A stretch of 59,088 nucleotides of DNA from Phoronis australis. Lineage: Eukaryota; Animalia; Phoronida. The notes under the pieces are model-generated. The model did not search any database. It worked only from the letters and a program-made list of their open reading frames with translations, and was not told where the DNA came from. Shown piece by piece: positions 49,821 to 59,088 of the stretch. Position 1 is the first letter of the stretch; each line of letters begins with the position of its first letter. The stretch covers positions 531,970 to 591,057 of the forward strand of contig NMRA01000138.1 in the NCBI GenBank assembly GCA_002633005.1, in the 5' to 3' direction. The position numbers were made by a program, and so were the translations under genes.

Positions 49821-51109
49821 CGAACCCCGATATTTTTTATGCTTATTTTTTAAAATAAACTTAAAAGTTTATCTTCCAGATACGTGGCGCACTCACTAGT
49901 TACTTTCTGTCCAACCGTTTCTCCGAATTCCCCTCAGTTCCGTACTCTAATGGTGTACCCAAGAGAATGAGAGAGAGAGTTGCACAACGCGTCCGTGGCC
50001 CCACTTGTTCATTCCAAAGAGGCCCTCTTGGTGCATTTCAATTTCAGTGTGCGGCCTGTCCCGGTCCCAGAGTCTCTGTGTTGTTTCGATTGCACAAGTT
50101 GATGAAAAAGCCTCAGTCAAGTCTAGCTTGTCGCCATCGCGTTTAACCCCACTTACGTCAAAGTGGCGGATCTACGGGGAGTGGGTTCAGGGGGTTTAAC
50201 TCCCCCCCCCCTTTAGGCCACATGAGGATCCAAAAATAAAAAAAACAAAAACTTCTTCAGCAAAACCGGCAAAAACGGCACCGCTAGCGTGTGTAAACCC
50301 CAAGTAAACCAACTTATAAAAATTGAGGAGTGTTCACTCTGAAAATATAATTTTTTGCATTGTGAATTGCTGAGTCTTCGTGGCTCATCGGCAAAACGCG
50401 TGGAGATCAGTTGTGCGCGCGCTTCCGTCGACACTTCTGAAGTTGCCAAGCATTTTAGATGGATCCACCGCTGAAAGAGCAGTTCTATAGCTGATTTCTT
50501 TAGGTAACTAGCTTCTTTACTCTAAGATATGTTTTGATTTGATTAGGGAAATACTGTGGTGCCGCAATCCTGATATTCAGGCGAATTGACGTGCAACGTT
50601 TTTACCTCATCTCTCATGCCGTGTCATTCTATTACACTCCACACGTTTGTAACTGATGTATAGTAAAGTTGTCTTGCGCAATATCATACAGTGTACATAT
50701 ACATGTAATATTTTTGAAAATAATTCTTTTCCGAAGAATTGCTACATTGTGATGGGCGCCGTGGTCTGGTCGCGAGTCAGTTTGAAGATACACTCTAACA
50801 AGTTATGTCTCTCAATTCAAGGAATGACCAAGGGGGGACTCACATTGACAAAGTGACCGCATTCGCAAACAGTGTACAGTACCAGAAATTGCGGGGAGGC
50901 TGTTCTTTCACAACAAAGTCTTGCGGGACTCGTGCGATGTTCAATAGGCCTCCTAAGGAGCCCTTGAGTTCCGACCTCAACATCTACCGTCTTTCTATCT
51001 GCAATAAGCACACTGCTGTCCTCTACACTGGGAATTTCCGCAGGAAGGCCCTCCAGATGAAACGCTCATGTCCATGGGCATTTATTTGATGTTAGTACTT
51101 CGGGTTTCA

Positions 51110-51478
51110 AGCATTCAGATATTGTGACGTTTATTTCGAAAATTGCAAGAGATGCAAATAGTTCCTGGGATACATCTTCAAGGTTTGAAGTAGTCCATGT
51201 TGAACGGATCAAATTTAGTTGCGCATGTAAGTCTTTTGAATGGACTAGGCAACCTCAAGGGTCTTAGTGCCAACTGAACTGCGAAACGAGATGCTGACAT
51301 TGTAGAGGCTTACAAGCTCATTGACACAGCAGTTGACGAAGTGCAAGCGTTAGGAACAAACATCGAAGATATCTGGGTAGAAAGGTTCCAAGACGAGCAA
51401 ACCATTGGATCCGATATACAGATTCCTCGGCAGTCTAGACAACAGAAGGACAGGACTAACCTACGAGTAACCACTGGG
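51110..51478 (+). pseudogene. hAT transposase remnant (ZMYM1/P52rIPK-like)
   Basis: LKGLSAN*TAKRDADIVEAYKLIDTAVDEVQALGTNIEDIW...IQIPRQSRQQKDRTN resembles the hAT segment (LS..LQ....D...A......PR...RQ..R.N); contains a stop and frameshifts. Confidence 0.7.
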
Positions 51479-51535
51479 GATTAAAAAGTGTCTAGAGAGA
51501 AGTTTTCAATTCAACATTGTTTGCATAGTACACTT

Positions 51536-51805
51536 TAGGTCTCGCGACGGACCAGGCCAGCTTGACATGTGTAGATGTTAAGTTTCAGTGTACTTCTGGT
51601 CCCTCGGCGAACTAGTCTTTTGATTTTTTTTACCAAAGTGTGATTTGTAAAACTATTTATCTCAGCCAGTACTGTTTGGTCCCGCGACAGATCGACTTTT
51701 TATAGGGATAATAAGCACAGGTGTACTCTTGGTCTCGTGACGGACCAGGTCAGCCTTTTTGTGTACTCTCAGTGTACATCTGGTCTCTCTGCAAACTAGT
51801 CCAGT
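51536..51805. repeat. Diverged ~190-bp direct repeat
   Basis: ggtctcg.gacggaccagg.cagc...tcagtgtac.tctggt...aactagtc at ~51538 and ~51731. Confidence 0.6.
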
Positions 51806-53695
51806 ATTATCTTTTCACCACTCACGGTGCACAGGATGTTTTGGTTTCGTGAAACTGTTTTCAAATGATTTGTTTCCTGAAACATTTGACGTTTTCCAAT
51901 TGTTGTCAACGTGATTCAGCTTAATAAAGTGATACTGAATTATTCATGTCGCTTTTAATAATGGAACATGAGCTGAGAGCACCATCGTTCGCCAGTTTTT
52001 CTCGTAACGATCGAGACTAAACACATGTTTATTTCCGGACTAACAGTACAGGTCTTCATTCTTAAACAACTTGAGGCTGCTGTTACGCGATCGTCTGATA
52101 TTCAAGCTTTTACGCCCCGTCGGTGCTCCTTGTGCTCTTGAATATTTGGAAGTTGTCTAAACCCCTGTATACACACCACACTTTTTCGTATACGACTTTT
52201 CGTATGCTAAAAAAGGTGTGTGTAAGTAGATGTTCCAAATTTGCTGGTAGCGTGACTCATACCTAGATGTGCACAATATGGTTTCACGAAACTGAGCCAT
52301 GTTCATGTGACGAAATCGAGTAGGGTTTTTAATTATCTTAAGAAAAACTCCAGAGAAAAGTTAAGTGCCAGAAACTTACCAGGATGCATGGAAATTTCAC
52401 TTTTTGGCTACAAAAACAAAAAAATGACTTCCCCCCTCCCGACCTCCCCCCCCCTCGGCGCCACGCGCCTAAGATTCCACCTTTGCAGGAATCCTAAATC
52501 CCCATCCTTACTGAAAACGTAGATCCGCGACTGACGTCGATTAGAGCCGAACCGCTTCCATTCCCCTTTCCGCCCCAGATCAATTTAGATACGTGCTGCA
52601 GTGGATACCGTAAGACTGTCAGCTTAATTTTTGAAGGTAGCCAATTGGGGTATACAACTTCACTGCGGTTACCATAGTACAAGTTACATTTGAAGTGAAC
52701 AGACCGATTCAGAGGCCGAATTTTTCCGACAGCAACTGGGCAACTCATACCAGCTTGCTAACTGTTCGGGACTGGTTCCTAGCTTCGACCTACCCGTACA
52801 TGCAGCTGACTCGTACTTTCAAACTCTAGTCTGGTTCAACAGCATGCAATAACTGATTTAGTTCATGGAAGATTTGAATCGATAAAAAGGATGTGTGCTT
52901 TGGTGCGTTTGTACGCGTGCTTGACTCAAGCATGTACAATGGGTGCACCCAGGGGGACTCGGGGAGCTCGAACGAGCCCTTCCAATTTGAATCTTGTGGC
53001 CCCCTTTTTTGTTTTTTTTTTGTCCTCGTTGAATTTTTTCAGTAAAATGTCCGCATGCCGGAAATTCGAGCTCCCCTATATTTTAGACTGCCAGTGGATG
53101 CGGGCATGCGTACGTGTACATGCGTTTGCTTTCGCCGAACTTTGGAAGTATATCGAAATCGCACTTTTACGTTGGCTGTAGCTTTTCAAGTTAAATACCA
53201 AAAATAGCCATAAAAATATGGAAACGTGTGTGTTCAACAACGGTCTGAATGCCCAAACTAAAATGCCCGCTGAACTAGCCCCTAACAGGGTTGCAAGAAA
53301 TATCGCATGGCAAGTTCTTGTAGGTTCAAGAAGATGATAAAAATAACATTAACATATTTTGTCCACGGTATTGAAGCACGTTGCTCTACTAAATATATAA
53401 ACAAACTAATGTAACCTTGGGTATCTTTGGAGAAAAAAAATAAAACAAAAAAGAGAACTTTTCTACCAAATAAAGAAATTGAACTTTTGCCTCAGTCTTC
53501 ACTCTGATGTGTAAGCTTGAAAAATACTAAATTTGCTTTTTCATTGAACTCACAATGATCGTAACCATTAGTTGATTTTTTAATACGTGGCACCAATCCT
53601 GCATATTTCTTTTTGTGCTAGAAATTCTGAACATGCCCTGAGGCCGAAATAGCCCCTCCCCCCGCCCCATGCGGCTTGCCGGCCGGCCACGGGCC

Positions 53696-53741
53696 NNNNN
53701 NNNNNNNNNNNNNNNNNNNNNNNNNNNNNNNNNNNNNNNNN
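53696..53741. other. Assembly gap (46 N)
   Basis: Run of N flanked by G/C-tract-rich sequence; single Ns also occur at 17102 and 26059. Confidence 0.99.
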
Positions 53742-56700
53742 CGGGGTTAATTAATAAACTCAACATTTCCCTACGCTCTTCCTGTTTTATTTTTTTTGCG
53801 GCGGCCAAGGTGGGGGGAGGGGGGGGGGCGCACCCTGCCCGCCCCTAAATCCGCCTATGTCACGGGAAGGAACAATGGAAGGCCGATTTTACGAGAGTAA
53901 TAGGCATCACTTATTCTATTTTCGTTTTAGCCATCTAAACAGGACGAAATGCAGTTTTAACATAACTTATAAAACTCACACTTATTTTGATTTTCACACC
54001 TATTCAAACACAGGGTATAAGGAGGCAATGATGACATTGAAAACTAGACTGAATTACAATGAAGAAAGATTTATTTATTCCAAATCCGAATTAACTACTC
54101 GCAAGTCTTGTCTTCGAAAGTTGTCAGAGATACGCCTTTCACTTCATCAAACGCGATTATTTTGACGCAAACAAATTCTGGCCAAAACTTAATCCTAATT
54201 CGCATACTTCTCCAGACATTATTTCATTTTAAAAGACAGGATTTATTATACATTTCCTAACCTCAGTTATTTTGCTTCTGCTGGTGTCTGAGCCAAAAAC
54301 ATAGTCGGGACACTCCGTGAGCTTCGCGTTTATGAACTTAAAGTTTTGCCAATGAAAACGCAAATACACGGCCGATGTACGAGTGATTTTTTAATTAGTT
54401 TTTGAAAGCAAAAGGAATAGTATTTAAACCAAGTGACTTGTTAATCCTGACTATTTTATTGGGCGCATTGCCAATGACACTCACAAACCGAAGTATGTTC
54501 AACTGTCTCTGAAGTTTTGCGAATTGAGAGGCTCCCTGTTTTCTTCGTAGGAGTTCCATAATCTCACAATATTGCGTCATTGAAGTTTTTGAAGGAGTTA
54601 AAAATCCAACAACAAACTTTCAGAATAGTCACTCACATAGTCGTGACGGGTATCTAAAGCCCTTTTCAATTTACTTCTGTGGAGTCGGAGAGTGTAAGTC
54701 AATTAATTAAAAGCGGATGGCTACCATTGGTGCTAATCGTGATTCAGGTGGTTGGAGACAAAACTGAGTGTTAGTTTTGAGACAGCTGCAAGCCCAGAGT
54801 TCTATGCTGCAAGTAACAAAATATCCGATTTTGGCGCGCGACTGTTGCGAGATCATGTTTGGGCCAAATATTCGCTGGGAATTCATGCGACTTGCAACAG
54901 TTGTCGCATACTGCTCACAAACGTGTCTTATACAGATTTGTATGTGATGTCTAGTGAAGATTGTCGCAAATTATCGTATTTTGTCGCAATTTACGAGGTG
55001 TTGCAAACCTGAAACCCATTCCTAATCCTAAATGCAATGAATTTCTTTTTATTATCGTGAAATCGTATCGTTTCATAGTATAGTAGAGCACGTTACTTTA
55101 TAAAACACCCTTTGTCTCCTAGATAAGGCTAATAACTGTGTAAAGGTAGAGGTAGGTCCATGTTTCACGATTAGTATTAAAGACACATACTTCTTAATAC
55201 TGAGTCTCAGTATTCTTTCTTTTACACAATTTCAATACATTCTGAGACGAGCAATTGCTTATGCGAACTTGGTTTGTAATGTTTCTAAATTATGAACCAA
55301 GTTAAATTTTGATCTCAGTAGCGTTGTCAATGGTTTGTTGGCTTACCGCTAGGACCTCATTTTGAAGCTACCGTCGGGGGGAACTTCCGCATACAGTCCT
55401 CTCCAACCACGACAGGTCCTTGTGGCTACTTTCAGAACAACATCTAAAAATTACTGCTATTTTTAAGGTTTCAAAAAAGCAGCGTTGCGATTGTCAAGTC
55501 AATAAGAGGGATTTATGACAAACGGGGGTGTTCTTTTTCAGCACCTACCTACATAATAATCTTCATGGTACCATTGGCTAAAAAAGTATTTTCCTCCACA
55601 GGAATTTCTTTTTCTTTTTGCAGTCAAGCCTGTTGCGTACGTTTGGAAAATGGGTTTAGTTTGGAACCAAACAAGTAGGAGTTTATTGTTGAAAAATTTC
55701 TTTATGTCGCCCACCTCTTACGAGGAAAGTTTGAGAATTGAACAATGCATATTTTCCCAAATGTACGCCTTGGGTATATCTGCGGAAAATTTTCCTTATA
55801 TACCTCAAATTGTTATAGCTAAAAGTTGTCGAGCCTGCCGCAGAAAACTCCGGTACACATTAATTTTAGTACTCATTCCATTTCGATGTCATTGTTACAT
55901 TTTCCGTTTGTAGGTCCCATTTTCCGAAAATAGGTCCCGGTTGCAGCCTATAGTCCGGTACTGGAAAGTTAAAAATGTACTTTTTCGTTCTTTGGGTCTC
56001 ATTCTCAGAAATTTCCGGTATAATCTGTTGGTGCTACGCTTTAAAAAACAAATATTGCTCCTTGGAACCAAAGATACTATAAAATCTTTGTTGGAACGTC
56101 GGTTTTCCTGTATTCCGGTCAGCGTTACTGATCTTTGCCCTCACATACTGTTACATCATGGTATATTTTTACGTCACATGTGAACTCATTCGCGCTTATT
56201 TTTATTTACTGTGCTGTAACAAATTGTATTTTCACCTTTACCTTGATGGCGTCAATGAAGATGACTCTGTTCCACTCCTCATTGCAACTCCAGCGTTTGC
56301 AAATTAAAAACTCCGTCATTGTTTACAAAGGCATTTAAGGTCCAGTTACCAGACTGTGGCGGTTTATGGTCTACAGCACTGAGTTTACCTCGGGTGTCAT
56401 GGAAACTGTAGTCTCGGCCTCAAGTCAGGATTAGGTTTCTGCCATGATGATTCAGAAAAGGCCTTGACTGAATCGCATCTAGCTGTTTAGACTTTTTGGA
56501 GGACTGTCCAGGAAGACTGGCCCAGATACCAAAGGCGGGCCCTAGTTCTAATTCCGATCAATCATAATCTGTGTTTACACTGAAACAACCACCTTCACAA
56601 CTGAGACACTTCAAAGGAAATCTGTGGGCAGTCAAATTATAATAGTATACCATGCGCCGGTCGTAGTAGCTATGACAAAAATGATCCCTGATTCCAAGTG

Positions 56701-58044
56701 AAGCATTTCATGAGGTACAAAGATGAGGTCGGGTGTATTCTGTGTGTTGTGGCGATGCATACCAGGAAGCACAAATCAACTGGCATATGGTACATGACAA
56801 TTATGTGAATTCAGAGGCATCTGGAATAGAACCTAAAAATGCACCTTAACGAATCCGGAGGTGAGGAGAAATTGTCGACCTGTGGGAACGGTTCAGGACG
56901 GTACAGTCGCCAATGAATTTATTGAATTAAAAGCTACATAAAAAGTGACATGACCTTTTCCGTTTGTGATATTTTGTTCAAGAGGGCAGTTTTTGATTAT
57001 GTTTTCGTGCCTACCGACATCTATATAATCAACATAAAATGTGAATGAAAATTATACACAGCTAATTAACTAACTATTTATATATTTTTGTTTCCCTGGG
57101 ATGGGCAAGTTGCTTGATCCACGCTTTCTTCAGTATTCCCCTCCCTCGTTTTTGTCGGGTAGCTGAGACGCACTCATTTTTGAAAAATGTTTCGTTTTAA
57201 AGTTGGAAAACAAAAAACCCTTTTGTTAGCTTGCAATGATGTTTGAGTCGTGTACAAATTTCAAGGTCGCTTGGGGTGCGCGGGTAAACAAAATTAACTT
57301 TGTTCCTGGCCTTATCTTGTAACGCATTATAGCTGAGGTGCAGCACCAGTGGAGATTTATATATATATGTATATTGGACCTCGGAAAAAAGCGAGACAGG
57401 ATAATGAGCAAAAATATGCTGCATTAAATTTTAGAAATTTACGATATTCAGACTAGTAATTGATGCAACAAAACACCTTAAGGTCATAAAATTCTTAGGA
57501 AGTTGCCTTCCAGTGAGTTATCTCAACCGGCTCATTACCTATGCGGCTGCAGCCTCGCTGGAGATTGCATCCCATAATGCTTCGATATATCTCATTTTGG
57601 CTGTTCCTGTGATTGTCTAGTTACCCTCTAAATTATTGCAAAAACATTAATAGTTTGCGCAATTTTTTCGACATAAAACTCCCAAAATCACGTGTTGCAC
57701 GTTTAAAATTTTTGTAAATATTAACTTGGTTAACCTTAGGTAGCAGATGTTTAAGTTAAGACAAAAAAACAACAAAAATTAACAATTTCTGTTACAGACA
57801 ACTGGGTAGGAGAAAAAACGAGTGCTCTCTTTACCACACCCAGACTCGTATTCCTGTGTTTCAGCGCTCGTCAGGGTAAATTGTCTCTGCCAGGGCCAAC
57901 TCGACGGACACCAAGGTGTGTGGGGACTACCTGAGAAAGCCTCGTCAGTACCTGAGGCATTTGCGCAGTGCGTGAGTTGTTCGTGTGAATCGTAAAACTG
58001 GCGTTGTATGCTCGTTTTACACGGGTCACCATCACAAATCCAAG

Positions 58045-58162
58045 ATGGCGTGTTGTATAAGCGAAGAAGCGAAAGAGCAAAGACGAATCAATCAAGAAAT
58101 AGAAAAGCAGCTGAGAAAAGACAAACGCGATGCAAGGCGTGAACTCAAACTGTTACTGCTTG
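58045..58162 (+). CDS. GNAQ: G protein alpha-q subunit, first coding exon (gene continues beyond window)
   Basis: [39 protein letters not shown](G) followed by a phase-1 GTGAGT donor. This is the diagnostic Gq/11 N-terminus with the palmitoylated CC pair. Confidence 0.95.
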
Positions 58163-58772
58163 GTGAGTTGTTTAGCAGATATGTCTTTCAGAATTTAGAA
58201 TTATGTGAGTTCTTGCACACCTTGTGCTGAAAAACTCACGTCCGCCATCTTGAATTAGAATACATCATGTTGCAGAAATAAAGCATTGCAAAGTAAATTA
58301 TTTCGCTTATATATAATATTTGGTTTACTTTTTTAGCACAAAAAGGCCCTTGTTACATTCTAAAAGTTTTATTTCCATAGTTATTCTAATAGTTGTAGGA
58401 AAGCGGATATAAATCTCGATTCAGTTGCTCTTCATTTGGTATGGTCTGGATAGTTCAGTGCTCAACTTTACACCCTAAGTTTAGGTTGTAAGAATTGGCT
58501 AATTATACATGGGTATAGCTTTACTGACACCTAAGTGCGTCTTTCATTAATTGAAAGGAAAAAGGGACGTCGTTACTATAAAATAGAAGAATGGTGCTGA
58601 AGAATGAAAATAAGGAAACTGAGGCCACTAGTCTAATAGCCTGCCAGACTGTTCGTGACCAGTACATAATCAGAGACCTGTTTCCCGCCAGATGTGCGTT
58701 TGAAATTGTGCTGAAGATTTCTCAATTAACTTTCTGTATTTAAGTCTTACGTTATCTTATACTTCACCCACG

Positions 58773-59088
58773 ATGAGTGCTGACGAACCAAGAAAGAGGT
58801 ATGCAAGCAAAGATAGCGCATCCTTAAACGACAGAGCAAAAAAACTTACTCAAACAACCCTTGACTTCCGTCAGCTTGACCCGCCCCTGTGTGATTCGGA
58901 CTCAAATGAGGACATTGCAAAGCTCGAAAAAGCGCTGACTTCGCCCCAAGTTATTAAAACACTCCGTGAGCAACTATTCCAGCCTGCCCTGGATGATATA
59001 AAGGCCTACTACGAGTCCATCCTTAACCAGAAAGACAAAGAAATACAGCGGCTGAATGAGCAAGTCAACAATTTGTCAGCAAATCTAG
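58773..59088 (+). mobile_element. Open ORF running off the window; LINE ORF1-like coiled coil, in GNAQ intron 1
   Basis: MSADEPRKRYASKDS...ALDDIKAYYESILNQKDKEIQRLNEQVNNLSANL, 105 codons with no stop. Basic N-terminus followed by heptad repeats, as in non-LTR ORF1 proteins. Absent from the ORF track because it has no stop. Confidence 0.55.

Noticed and set aside
57985-58044. In-frame GTG-initiated N-terminal extension of Gq
   Set aside because: The ATG at 58045 has a strong context and matches the usual invertebrate Gq start; 20 open codons upstream can occur by chance.

Overview
Intron-rich, AT-rich animal genomic DNA; the Gq N-terminus and repeat types suggest a lophotrochozoan such as a mollusc, but that is inference. 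I reconstructed four protein-coding genes exon by exon, with phase-consistent splice sites. (1) RCE1, CAAX prenyl protease 2 (+; 8 exons in window, 3417-12148; first exon apparently upstream). (2) ZC3H14/Nab2 (+; 14 exons, 20790-36138; ~662 aa). (3) EIF3K (-; 8 exons, 49600-38381; ~215 aa), with one U12-type intron. (4) The first coding exon of GNAQ (+; 58045-58162). Introns and intergenic DNA are full of non-autonomous DNA elements (Helentron/DINE-like, Kolobok-like, Tc1/mariner- and hAT-like MITEs, long foldbacks), THAP and hAT transposase remnants, SINE-like heads, minisatellites and a LINE-ORF1-like ORF that runs off the end. The most notable signals are a Penelope-type minimal hammerhead ribozyme, a U12 intron with a CAG/TAG tandem acceptor that can insert a stop, a minisatellite made of duplicated splice donors, tiny P-element-like footprints, and CTCF-like motifs at ~150-bp spacing. 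I found no clearly novel multi-gene system. Most ORFs in the supplied track are spurious.
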